Origin: Azolla caroliniana
Taxonomy: Eukaryota > Plantae > Polypodiophyta
DNA length: 64,000 nucleotides
NCBI GenBank assembly: GCA_043228905.1
Contig: JBHGNT010000002.1
Coordinates: 15,872,001 to 15,936,000, forward strand
Reading direction: 5' to 3'
A model generated the notes under the pieces. It saw nothing but the letters and a program-made list of their open reading frames with translations, searched no databases and was not told where the DNA came from. A program made the position numbers and the translations under genes. Positions 25,803 to 38,130 of the stretch are shown here, one piece after another; the stretch's first letter is position 1; each line of letters opens with the position of its first letter.

Positions 25803-27626
25803 TACGAGTGATTTTTGTAAATGTTACACTCGTCAATGTAATTTTGGTATCTATTGTAAGAGAGTGCCATTTGTAATACTCGAAAGATGCAAAAGTTATG
25901 TTTAGAAATATTATTGCTTTGTACAAACATTATTTGTTATAAAATACATTACTTCTTGACTTCTCAGTGATAGTGAACATTGTACCATTTGGATTATAGC
26001 ATAATTTTAACGTTTTTTCAAGTTTAGGAAATGATGAATTTTTTAGCTTTTCCAACAGTATTTTGAGAACACGTGATACTGGCATCATTATGTTTTGTGA
26101 ATAGAGCACCTAAACCCCAAAATTAGAAGGAATATTCCTTATTCTTCCATTTTTGCGCGATCCTTCCACTTCTAAACGCGAATGTGTTACTTATAAACTC
26201 TTCAAAATTGTTTAGTAATGGAGATTCCTTTTCTAACAACGGAGCGAACCATGCCAAAGCTAAGCCACTTAACAACGTGCCTACTAGACCCACTCGTGAT
26301 GCATCGGTGGGATATCGGGAAGGATGCCTTTGAATGACTAATTGTACCTGATTAAGGAATCCTCTAAACTGTGATCGCATTCCATCGTATTTCATAGGAA
26401 GGCCGAACTTGGATTCTTTATGAATCCCTTGCGTACTTGGTGCTTGTTGTTGCAACGCTACAATGGTCGCTTCGAGTTGTTGCACGTGTAACGCTAGTTC
26501 CCCATGTTGTTGTTGCGTCTGGTGCTTCTTATATATATGTACAGAACAATAGAATGCAACACATGCTTTGTGCCAGACTGAACGGACTAGATTACAACAA
26601 CTGTTTTCCACCAAATCCACGTCTCGGGTTGGACGCACCGAGTGGGGTCTTTGAAAAACTCCTCGAAATTATGCAGTAGAGGAGAGTTTGTCTTTAGTAA
26701 TGGAGCAAACCGTGACAACGTTATGCTAGTCAATAAGGTGCCCACTAACCCGACTCGTGATGCATCTGTCGGATAACGCGCGGGATGCATTTGAATTACC
26801 AACCACATTTGATTCAAGAAACCTGAAATGCGCCCTCGAACCATCAAATTTAGCTGGGAGGCTGATTTTGGGCTCCTTGATAATTCCTTGACCTTCGACT
26901 CTTTGTTGTTGTAAAACTACGATTGTCGATTCTAATTGTTGCATCCGTCGCGTAAACTCCTCTTTGTTGTTGTTGCTTCTCCATACTAACCTTTTGTATA
27001 TCTCCAAGAAGACGTTGATTCTATAATTCAAGAGATGCAAACTTGGATTTACGATCCTCCATTTCTGCAACAAGGGTGAGATATTCTTCTAAGTTGATGG
27101 CGGCCATGGTATCATGATGTTTATAAAGGAGGATAAAGGAGAGAGAGATAAATTTGAATCAAACTGTTAGAACCAAGAGAAAAGATAGAGTGACAAAAGA
27201 AAGATATAAAGAGATCACAAGAAGAGAGGAATGAAATGATAAGAGAAGAATGAATGTATTAGAATGAGAATGGATACAAGATAGGTGATGAGAGCTTAAG
27301 ACTGGTGTTTATTCGAATTGGTTTGAGAATAATTGTATGTTTATATTTATAGGTTCCTGTAGAATAGCCTAGAGATTTCTATAATGTTCTAGAATGTTCT
27401 AGACCTAGAATATTCTAAGATGTTCTAGGATATTCTAGAATGTGCTAGGATATTCTAGAATGCTCTAGAATGTTCCAGAGTATTTACAATAATTAGTGTA
27501 TTATAAGAAGTAGCTTTATCATCTTATATGATCGTAGGCTATTTTAATGGGTAGGTTCTTAATCATGTATTACAAGGGCTTGGGTTCAAAACCAAGTGAA
27601 GCCATGATGTTCATGTATTCATGACT

Positions 27627-27783
27627 GTGGTAGTTCTTAATGTCATCCTCTACTTTCGTGTCATTCATTAGAATGGTATTCGCATTTGATTCCTCCGTAG
27701 TCTACCTCTTTATTTTCACGAGAACCACAAGGAGATCGTGGAACTCTTTCTTTGCTATTTTGAGCAATTCCCGGAGAGAAAAT
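27627..27783 (-). mobile_element. Gypsy gag fragment, continuation of 47574-48300
   Basis: Removing 27784-47573 and one AAAAT gives the in-frame LYSRVEFSLRELLKIAKKEFHDL. Confidence 0.75.
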
Positions 27784-27999
27784 TGTCGAATACGAGTGTC
27801 TAATGGTCGTATTCACACTGTCCCTTTGGACAGCCCAAGGCTGGGCTATTTGTGTAAATAGCACAAAGGGCAGTTGCCCTAAGATAGTCACTATATAAAG
27901 TGACTCTATAACCTTTAGTAAAGGGTTGGTTGGTTGGTTGTCATTTGTAACTATTGCTATTAACAAAGAAAACGGTTTCTTTGTGCCTATCTCTCTCTC

Positions 28000-28054
<55 letters not shown>

Positions 28055-28991
28055 CTTGTTTTATTCTCATACACAGGTCCTTCAACATCACAGATGTTGT
28101 TTGTTCTTCCGCACAGACAACCTTGTCACCAACATTTGGTATCAGAGCGTTGGAGGTTCTTCAACCTGCTGCCGGCCGTCATAGTACACCACACAACACT
28201 CTATTTCTGTTTTTTTTCTTGAAGAACAGAGAAGAGAGAAGACAAACAAGAAGTCTGCATCTCACTGTGTTAAATCACTAATTGGAGTAAGCTAGCCAGT
28301 TGTACTCTGTTCCTGTGATTGTAACCACTTGAGATTGGTCTCTAGGCAACAACCAAATTCGTGCTTCATTCAGTTGATCGACATTCGGGAGGATCAGTCG
28401 GATCCGTCCCTCTCATCGTTGCAGTCATCCGAAGCAGAATCAGCCTAAACAATCGGTCTCGTGTGATCGGTATTCGGCATACAATAAAAAGCTAACCAGG
28501 CTCACTCCGACTTGGCAACATTCGGAAGGACCAGCCGATTTTGTTCCTCAAGTTACCGGAGTCACTCTGAGCAAATTCAGCAACAAGTATCCGAAACCAA
28601 ACCGAATCGAGTTCAAAACCGATTAGAACAAAATCGGGTGAGCCGACAGGCTGCACCCCACTAAGGTTCGTACTCAACTCCGAACCGAGTCTTACCAACC
28701 AAAACCGAAACAGATGGCATCAACATCCGGCCCATTGGAGATGAGTCTAAGGAATTTTGACGGTTCGAACTTCAACTTCTGGAAGGAACAAATGTAGGAC
28801 TATCTCATAGTCAAGGATCAGATAGACCCGATTGAGAATGAAAATTCTCCAGAAGCATACAAGGAAAATGACTGGCTAAAGCTAGACATAATCATCCACA
28901 CCACGATTCGAATGCACTTGTCAGAGTCAATGTACTTCAAAGTGCAATCATGCTCAACAGCTTTTGAACTATGGAAAACACTATCAGAAAC

Positions 28992-29566
28992 TGTTGAGCG
29001 GCAAGCTCAACTAGAGCCGGATCGGCTGAATAAGCCTGAGCCGGCAAGCGAGGCGGATCGGTAAGCCGTGAGCAACCGAGCCAGCAAACAACACAGCCGG
29101 TGGGCTGGGGAGCCGGTTAGCCGGATCCAATCGGTAACCGGAAGCCTAGTATTAGTTTAGACTACTAGGCAATTATAGTCTCGTAGTAAGTGTCAGAAGC
29201 TCGTGTGAGCATTGAAGTACGCGGTACAATCGGTAACCGGAAGCCTAGTATTAGTTTAGACTACTAGGGAATTATAGTCTCGTAGTAAGTGTTAGAAGCT
29301 CGTGTGAGCATTGAAGTACGCGGTACTTCTGTCAGTCCCATGAGGACTTGTATAAATAGTGCTATTGAGCACAGTTGTAGATACAGAGTGATTATATCAT
29401 TTTGAATATAGCTTTTACGTTCTGCTCTCTCTGTCTCTCCCGTGTACTCCTTGTATTCCCTACTTTCTCTGTTTTCTAACGCTTCCGCAAGTAATCGTTC
29501 ACATGGTACCAGAGCGCGAGGGTTGAGAACCTCTTCAGCCGACAAACGCTTGAAACTTCATAGAGG
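28992..29566 (+). mobile_element. Family-B copia LTR with PBS and short leader, truncated; contains a 99-bp tandem duplication
   Basis: TGTTGAGCGG...TTCACA 28992-29503; PBS-like TGGTACCAGAGC 29504-29515; duplication units start at 29128 and 29227. Confidence 0.85.
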
Positions 29567-30930
29567 TTAATATGGGGAAGGCCCATGTGGCACTCCTTCA
29601 TCAACTAATCTCGCCTCGCCAACCACATTATAACGAGAGCCTTTCAGGGGGAAGTAACCAATGGCGAAAAATACTGCGTTGTCCTTGCTTGTGGAGACTT
29701 TCACCCACATAAAACGAGCTTCTGGGTTTGTGCTCAGTATTTCTATCCTATTATGTAGCTCCCTCCGAAACAATATTGCGACACCTCTAGATCCCCTAGT
29801 AGTGCATCGACGTGAGGTTTGTTTAAAAGTCGACTCCCAACGAAATCCTTCGACTCGTGGGAGTCCCCTATTTGGGCTTTGGTGTGTTTCTACTAGGCAA
29901 ACTATATCTGATTCCTTTAATATCTCCTCTAGGCGGCCGGGGTGTGTCCAGAGTGTGCCGTTACAATTCCGTAAGGTCATCCTAAGTGTGTTTTCTGGCA
30001 CATGGGCCACACGCCGTCAATTAGTAGTGCGATCATTTATGATCACTCGCCCATCTCAATAAAAGGCATGATGCCCTTCTTTACGAGCTTGCATAACCTT
30101 TGGCATACAACTCTTGCGATGCTCAATTTGCATCTTGGTGAGGTCTTCATCGAGATAGATAGGGTCCCCACCCAATCCTCGAAGAATTGGTCTCTTCTTA
30201 AAGAAAGTGATTCTAGAGTCTAAGTCTTTAAATTGAAGAACTAAGGCTCTCTTCCTGGTTGTGTCGCGTCTGGCCCTCCAAGCTTTGGTGATAGGTAGGG
30301 TCGTTGTGTACCCTAACATTTTCCCGAGTGTTTGTGCATCCTCGTCCGGGGATGCACCTTCCTTGAGCCCAGTGACACACACATTTAGGCATCGGGCCTG
30401 ACGCATTTTCTCCTTTTCGAGGGTGGTATTAACAATATTTTCATCTTTTATTTCTTTTTTAATGTTTCTTTTAACCACATCTACCCAACCTGTTTTTGCT
30501 AACTCTATGTTATTTTTAACCTCCTCTTTAACTTTTTTGATCTCATCTTTTATATCCTCTATGGAGGATATTTCACCGTCCTCTCGGGATACCTCGATGT
30601 CATTAAGTTGTTGTTTGAGGTTTGTGTTTTCCTCTTTAAATTTTTTCTATTTCGGCCTTGAGGGCATCTTTTTCCTCTCTATCTTTTTTCTTGTGGGTTT
30701 CGGCGTCTTTCACCCATTTTTTCATATCCATCTCTATTTTTGTGAAACGGTTAAACATATCTAAAAAGTCCTCCTTAGTTATAGCCTCGTCTTGTGTATC
30801 CTTATGTTCCTTTCGTTTACACATTGTAGTGTCAATAAGAGAAAAAGATAAAATAAATGGGTTCGAGACTTAGCCGAGTTTGTGTGTATGTCGCAGTCAC
30901 ATCGACATTTTGCACGCGACGAGCACGCTA
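29567..30930 (-). mobile_element. Non-LTR retrotransposon (LINE) 5' half: ORF1 and start of ORF2 AP endonuclease
   Basis: ORF1 30824-30056: coiled coil, NVCVTGLKE, IYLDEDLT; ORF2 30010-29567: NCNG, DIVCLVETH, GSRGVAILF. Confidence 0.8.
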
Positions 30931-31129
30931 AAAGAACAAGGATGCGCCGCCAAGAAAAGAAACATGGCACTCGGCAACGTCAAGAACAAGAAGGAGAAGA
31001 ACACGGCAACGGCAACGGCAACTATAACAGACGATGACGAATGGCAGTAGGTTGTCCAACACGCAGACGGCAGCGCGGCAATAGACGGCGACGGACGTCA
31101 GAGGCGGCATCACGGCAACAGACGACAAC

Positions 31130-31363
31130 ACGATGGGGGGGAGAGAGAGAGAGTGCAGCACGGTAGCAGGCGGCGACAAGCTTCGCAAACGGTAGCGACG
31201 ACAACGTGGCAACAACAGCATGACCGTTGCAGAGAGGCAGCACGACTGTCGCAGAGAGAGAGAGAGAGAGAGAGACTACACAGAGGGGAGACAGAGAGAA
31301 AGAGGAGCGACGACAGCGTGGCAACAGCAGCACAACCGTTGCAGAGAGGCAACACGACCGTTG

Positions 31364-31420
<57 letters not shown>

Positions 31421-31680
31421 ACGCCATAGCTGTGTGAGTAACAGCAGACACGAAGAGCCTTGTGCGGCTGATACACTCGACAGAGTGTTGTATTCCTCTT
31501 GGTGTTGTATATCCACTTTGTATAGTGAAGATTTTGTTCACCCGTGGTTTTCCCCATTTTAGGGTTTCCACGTAAATCTCTGTGTACATCTGTTTATCTT
31601 GTCTTTCGTGGCAAATCTCTGATTCGTATTTCAGCGCGTAGTTCGTTTATTGTGATCTATTCCGCAACGATTTCTCTACA
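31130..31680 (+). mobile_element. LTR fragment (family E) with (AG)n tracts
   Basis: 31418-31680 is similar to 63298-63540 (reverse) and 63950-64000; ends in CA. Confidence 0.65.
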
Positions 31681-31793
31681 CGATCAAGCAAGTTGAGAAC
31701 TTGAAAAGATGAAAAGTTGATGTATTGGAAATTTGTAAGGTGGCCTATTCATGGATTGCTACAATAGCGAATAAAATTTTTTGTCATTGATTT

Positions 31794-32219
31794 TGTAAAA
31801 AGAATAGCATGCGGAAGCAATTGAAAACCAAAAAATAGAAACGCAGGTTTAATGGAGAGCTTGAATATACACAATACGTGGGAGAGAGAGAGAGAGAGAG
31901 AGCAGAACAACCAAAAACTATATCAACAACTCTATAAAATTCTCTATGTATACAACGTGCTCAACAACACTATTTATACAAGTCCTAAGAGGACTGACTG
32001 ATGTACGGTGTACTTCAATGCTCACATGAGCGTTTGACACTAACTATGAGACATTAACTACCTCGTAGTCTAGGCTGCTACTAGGCTTCCGGTTACTGCT
32101 GGATCCGGCTAACCGGCTGCCCAGCTCACCGGCTCACCGATCTAGCTCATCCTTCCGGATGCCGATTTGGCTTAGGCTTATTTAGCCGATCCGGATCCGG
32201 TTGAGCTTGCCGCTCAACA
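31794..32219 (-). mobile_element. Solo LTR, copia family B-related
   Basis: TG...CA; homologous to 28992-29503; near-TSD GATTT/AATTT. Confidence 0.8.
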
Positions 32220-32539
32220 AATTTCTTAACCAAGAATGCACGAGAAAATTTTACGTGGAATGCCCTTGAACTATTTTGGCAACATGATACAACCAAAAAG
32301 GTCTTTATGTAAAGTCAAAAGAGTTATGTATTTAATGCTTGTCTAGTTCACAATAGCTTGAATACACATATCCATGACTTTGTTTCAAAAGTGATTTTGT
32401 GGCTCAAAACAATATTGGAAGCAAATACTAGTTAGTTTGTAGAAATTCAAATCAAAGAATGGTCTCCTTAATATGTTCCTATAGCAAAAGAATTAACAAT
32501 GTTGTCATCATAGGGCCCCCATGCATCCTTGTGATTTGC

Positions 32540-34157
32540 TCACTCCTTGTGATTGAGAATGCATTATTATTCACTATCAAATGGACAAGAATGTTTATCC
32601 TGGGGTGGACTAGCCACAAACATAGGGTGTCCTTCTGGAACACTTCACCAAAGGGGTGGTTATGGGAATTATGTTATTTGACACCAATTCGATTCTAATC
32701 CGATTGTCTCTGGATTGGTTCTGGGATAACACCGATTGATTAACACGCGTAAGATATAAAATTAAACATAGTACGGTAAGTAGACAAGTACACAATACTT
32801 AAATCCAAACTCAAACTTATATTACTTCCGTTGTTCATTACAATGCTTTCCGGATCCTTTTATAGACCTCCGGTTCCAATTACAAAACGGTGTCATACCG
32901 GAAACCGGCTATGAATCGGTCCGTATCCGAATCGGTTCAACTATTCTGGATCCATCTATTCCTATAGTATTTCTAACTAATTACGAATCTAATAATAATA
33001 TTCGTTCCCGACTCGTCCCTTTCCCCACATATCATCTGGACCATACTTTGGCCAACACATGGCACACCCGTGGGACAATGTATTGCACGTCGAACCCACG
33101 GTTAGCTTCGTCCCTCCTCATCGAGTATGTCCAAAATGATCTGATCCAAGGGTTCAAGCGGTACTTCACTCTTCTGTTGTTCTCCGACTATTTTTGACTG
33201 ACGTTGTTCTTGTCTTGCTCCGGCTCCAACGTTCTCTCCATTTTCAACTTGCTCTGCCTATTCCGTGTCGGCTTCTTCCGTTCGATCCTTACCGGCTCCA
33301 TCTGGTTGCTCCACTCTGACTTCCTTCGACTGCAGGTTCAGTTGCTCTTCTAGTTGTTCCTCATCGTTGATATTTATGGCCGCTATTTTTTTCTCCGCTT
33401 CTAATTGTTGGTGCTCCCGCACGTATCGCTCGAATTGTAATTGTGTTCCGAGTTGATCATCATTGAGCCTTTCAATCAGCCTCCGGACAGCTTCGAGGTG
33501 AGTGTCGGCCAAGGAAAAGAAATTGTCCGACAATTCCTCCCGGATGGTGACAATATTTTCTTCGTCCATTTTGTAGAAATTGTCGTCGTCCTTCTTCCGG
33601 TTTTCCGCATCAGCTCGGAGGATCTATAGTTCTGCCGCTTGCTGCGACCATTGATTCCATACTTTTGCCGAACACTCATCAATATTGGTCTTCATCCAGT
33701 TTTTCCATATCGTGACTATTAGCCAGTTTCACTCGACGTTGAGCTTCGTGTTGTTCTTCGTGACTTGCTTCTCGTCCTTAAGTTGTTTTATGAGGGTGGC
33801 GGTGGCATTAGCTTGCACTTCATATTCTAGCAATTTGGTTTGGTAGGTTGTTTGAACCTTGTCCAAAACCATATTTGCTTGTTCTGTCTCCTCATAGTGC
33901 TTTGTGGTGAGCTGTGTCCGTTCCCTCGCCACTTCTTCCATCATTTGTGCCATGGATGCAACCATCATCTTCTACTCATCCGCCAACGTCTCCATTTTCT
34001 TTGCCAATTCCATCCGGACCTCCAATTTTTCTGGCTGCCAGTCGAAATTTTTCCTCTAGCCGCTTCTCTCTTTCCTCCTTCAGCCGGTGGTTGTTCAATG
34101 GACTCTTCCAGAGACATTCCTCCGTCCTCTATTTCTCTTCTTCAGCTGCCTTTTGTT

Positions 34158-34208
<51 letters not shown>

Positions 34209-37200
34209 GTGTTAGCATTTCCTATTCCCGCTCAACGTCTTTTATCAAGGCTGTGTTGGCCTCCGGTTGTGCATCCGCTTCGTGAGCTTCCTTTTGTAGA
34301 TTAGGTGGTTCTATCGGCTTTGTTCCAGAGGTTGTGTTTTGGCCCATCTTTGACATGAGAACCCCAAACTCCGTAGCCCTTGCCAGCTCCTCCTCCAAGC
34401 TCTGAATCTGACTTTTGGCCTTATCCAAATCGTTGGTTATTGTTAGCAACCGTTGCACTCGTCGTCGCTACACCCGTTGTTCTTCATCCATCTAGTCTGC
34501 CACACTGGATACTTGCTTGCCAAGCCATTCTAACCATTGTCGGCAGGTTTTGTACTGTGTGAGTGCAACAAACTATTCTATTGGCTCCGGTCACAGTTCT
34601 TCATCCTCCCTGAGCCATCGTGCAAACACCGCTTCTTGCTCCGGTGTCCTCTCCAGTTGACGTTCCTCTTGTTGCTGCCCTAGAAGACCTGCTGAGGTAA
34701 GTCTTTCTGTAACCGATTCCTGCTGAACTGTTGCCACTGCTTCTGGTCTTGTTACCGGCTCTTCCTCCGCCCTGGGTTCCAACACCGCCGAGCGGGACTT
34801 CGGGGTACTGTCCTTCTACGAACCTGATCCTTCCTCCTCACTATCGTGCTTCCTTGGGCGACATTGGAGGGTTTCAGCTGGTTCTTCTTCAACCTCCTCC
34901 TCCGCAGTTTCCTGGTTGTCCTTGCATACCAGTTCCTCCTGTTCTTTGTCATGCCGGCGCAACTTTATCTTGATCGGTTTTGCCGTCTTTTCTGGAACTT
35001 CCTCGACCGGTTCCTATCTCCAGTTCACCAACACTTGTTCTTCCCGCCGAGATGAGTCTCCTGGTGTCCATCCGAGGGTGTGCTTTGATAGGAGTTGTTG
35101 CCGTTTGGATGACTTATTCGGTGTGATTTCCGGTCGAGCTTGCTTCTTCGGCTTGAGGGCGTGTGTTGGGGGTACCAATAATGTTGGAAACTATGCTAAC
35201 CCGCACCATGCTTTCTTCCCGTCCACTATGGACACGATACTTGCCCGTAGAGAGTCAGCCACAATCACCGGCCAGTCCACCTTGAGGCCTTCGAATGTTG
35301 CGATGATGAATCCGGCCCTGTTTTTCAGCATGGCGGGTGGTCGAGGATGCGCAAATCCATATTTCAATAATTACCTGAGGCACCTCTCAGAACAAGGGAT
35401 CCTCTCCGCCCTGTTCCGGTAAGCTTTGCTGGCTATGAAGTACTCCCCGAAGTATTCCGTTAAGATTTCGGTGGAGGGGTTTTCGATGGAGCATAGTCCT
35501 CTGGCAGGCAATCCGACGAGGGTCTGCATTGTGCCCTCAGAGATTTCTTCGAGATCGATCGTTGATGCAACTTTCCTTGGTTCTTCGTGTGGTGGGGCTT
35601 CAGGTACCCGGAGGAATCCTTCAAGACCGTTCTTGCTGAGCCAGTCTCAGGTAACGATTGAGAGTGCCATTGGGCATGTGTCTTCTTTGTCGGCTTTGTT
35701 GTTGCGGTTGTGCGCTTGGGCTTGGTTGGTTGCCTATGCTCGTCCGGAAGCCTATGTGCTCCGTTGTGCTCTCAAAAGCCTTCATTCACGAAATGACAAT
35801 CCTTCCTTCGTCTAGAAGCTTTGTCCCCCCATTTCTCTCAACCGCCTCTTCTTGATTCCTGGGCATGCACGTCATGTACAATAATAGCATGAGTACGCCG
35901 TGTGGTGTGCTTTAAATGGCTGACGTCACACCTTTTCATTATGACCGTTCAAAATTTCAAATGATATCTTTTTTTTTTATGGCCTAAGGTACTAAGTGTC
36001 TGTTGTACTCGGTTGTACCGGCTCCATTGTTGTTGGAGAGTCCTTGGCTATTGTTTTTTTTTTTCCTTCAGCTCCCCATTGGTCCACTAGTTCTTTGAAC
36101 AAGTTCTTCAGCATCGGTCTTTGTATGGTTTCAACCGGAAACCATTAACCCATTTGTCCAGTATCTCGTTGGCCAGCATGCCAAGTTGGTAAGACCCTTT
36201 GAACTCAATGGTCCGGTTGACCAGAACTGCAACTTCCTTGGCATGTTGCCCATCTAGGTCTGGAATACCAATACCGGCCTTTTGATGCCAAAATCCTTCT
36301 CATTTCTGTGCCTATGCCGGTCCACGAAATCTTTCCGTTGTCTTTGCTCCAGCTCCAATTGCAACAAGCTAGCTATCCGGTGTTCCTCTAATTTGCACAG
36401 TGTCGCCAACCGGATCTTTTCAGACTCTTTTTCGCTCAATCACTCCCAGACTTGGATTCGTAAGTTGGGAATCTGGAACTCCAGAGGCATGACGACCTCC
36501 AGCCCGAATGGCAATCGGAATAGGGTTGTCTGGATACTCGTTTTATACACCGTCCGATACGCCCATAGTGCATTGTGTAACTTGGTGTCCCAGTCCATCC
36601 GGTTTTCATTTACAATTTTCCGGAGAATGTTTTGGAGCTTGTTCGTTGACTCCACCAATCTATTCCCTTGTGGGTAGTATGGCGTACTACATTTATGAAC
36701 TACCGCATAGAATGTCGTTAGGCTTTCCGCAATGTGACCAAGGAAATGTCCTCCCTGGTTGTTGATGAGCTCGATCGGGCATCCATACCTGCACCATATA
36801 TACTCATACAGAAATTTCGCCGTCGATGTCGCCGTGTTGTCCTGGAGCGCTTTTGCTTCCACCCATCTTGCACAATAGTCTGTGGCTACGATGATATACT
36901 GATTTCTTGTGCGCATAGTCGGTGTCTTAAATGGTCCCACAAAATCTAACCCCCACTTTTGGAACAGTTCTAATGTCAACATTGGTTGATGGGGCATCCG
37001 GGCCTGCTCTGTTGGTTGACCTAACCTCTGGCAGAGATCACACTCTTTACAATATCAGATTGCATCCTTGAGGGTTGTCGATCACCATAACCCACTTCGC
37101 CAGATTTTTTGGGTGGTGACATCTTTGGCATAATGCCCACCGACAACTCCGCAATGGGCCTCTCATAAGATCGCTTCCTTCTCGTTGCTCTGTATCGCGC

Positions 37201-37707
37201 GCCGCCAGATGCCGTCGGCTCCCTTGTGGTACAATGCATCCTGTATCAAACAAAAATGGAGACTTTGAACCACCAGGCTTTTCCGTTTGTCCCGGTTCAA
37301 CTCTTCCGGAGGTAGTCCGCTACTTAGGAACTGGTGCGTGTCGGTGATCCATTTGTCTTCTCCGGCCACTATCTTATCTATTGCCGTTTCCACTGTAACC
37401 TTGAATAGCTCGGCATCTGGGAACTCATATCGGACTCCATCCCTTGCTTCTTCAGATTCTAGCCGGCTCAAGTAGTCTGCCACCGCGTGTTGGACGCCCG
37501 ATCGGTGGTATATCTTGAATTCCAACTCTTGCAATAGTAGTGTCCGCCTAGCTAACTTACTGGTTAATGATGCCTTGGATACCAAATAGATTAGTGCCAA
37601 TTGGTCAACATGGAATGAAAACTTGCATCCTAGCAGATAGTGGTGGTACTTTGTGATGCTATAGACCATCCCCAGGGCTTCTCTCTCTATTGTGGAGTAA
37701 TTTCGTT
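32540..37707 (-). mobile_element. Athila/Tat-like gypsy 3' half: RNase H, integrase, long extra ORF, probable 3' LTR
   Basis: RNase H 37163-37707 (NYSTIEREAL); integrase 36440-36997 (KWGLDFVGP); degenerate ORF ~35870-33100 with coiled-coil segments; left boundary approximate. Confidence 0.75.
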
Positions 37708-38130
37708 GATAAAACTTCATAATACATGTTAATGGACACGGATGTCATAAACTTCACATGGTTTTTCTCTACTAGACTTGTTCACATAAGCATATTTATA
37801 AATTTTAAGACAAAACAATGATTTCTCATTATAAAGGTAATACTTACAAAAAGCGTAAATTTTTATATCAAGTGCCAAGCACATTTCTTTTATGTGTGCT
37901 CTGAAATGTACCATTCAATTTGGCATAATTCATATGCGCATATAAAGTCGATAGGTAGGTTTTGAAGATCAATGGATGAATACATACATATATTTGGACA
38001 TGATAATCTATTCGTATATCAATGTTAAGTGTTTGTGATATCCTATTGATCCAATATCCCCATCCCTTAGGCTAGTCAATGCAATTTAAATAGTGCATGC
38101 AATGTAGGAAATTTCCTTCATAGAGCCATT
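37707..38130 (+). repeat. ~420-bp direct duplicate of 41983-42407
   Basis: Near-identical AT-rich sequence TGATAAAACTTCATAATAC...GAGCCATT. Confidence 0.9.

Larger units (their letters stand above)
13992..26188. mobile_element. TIR DNA transposon carrying a ParB-like/DNA methyltransferase gene; superfamily uncertain (possibly Sola-like)
   Basis: Left end AACACGTTAACGTTCAAAAGTGGAAGGATCACGCA vs reverse complement of right end AACACATTCGCGTTTAGAAGTGGAAGGATCGCGCA; TSD ACTT at 13988-13991 and 26189-26192; excision restores the gag frame. Confidence 0.85.
11057..27626 (-). mobile_element. Tcn1-like Ty3/gypsy chromovirus (5' LTR 27165-27626, gag, PR, RT, RNase H); interrupted in gag by the DNA transposon and cut at 11057
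   Basis: gag 26193-27110 rejoins 13991-13440 as FEEFI-S-EFKAYFG; LLDSGANSCF protease; [10 protein letters not shown]; RNase H 11426-11790; LTR same family as 40824-41244. Confidence 0.88.

Noticed and set aside
30928-31589. ORFs with SLSLSL or RERERE runs (also near 2300, 27950, 47400 and 63800)
   Set aside because: They are translations of (AG)n/(GT)n microsatellites
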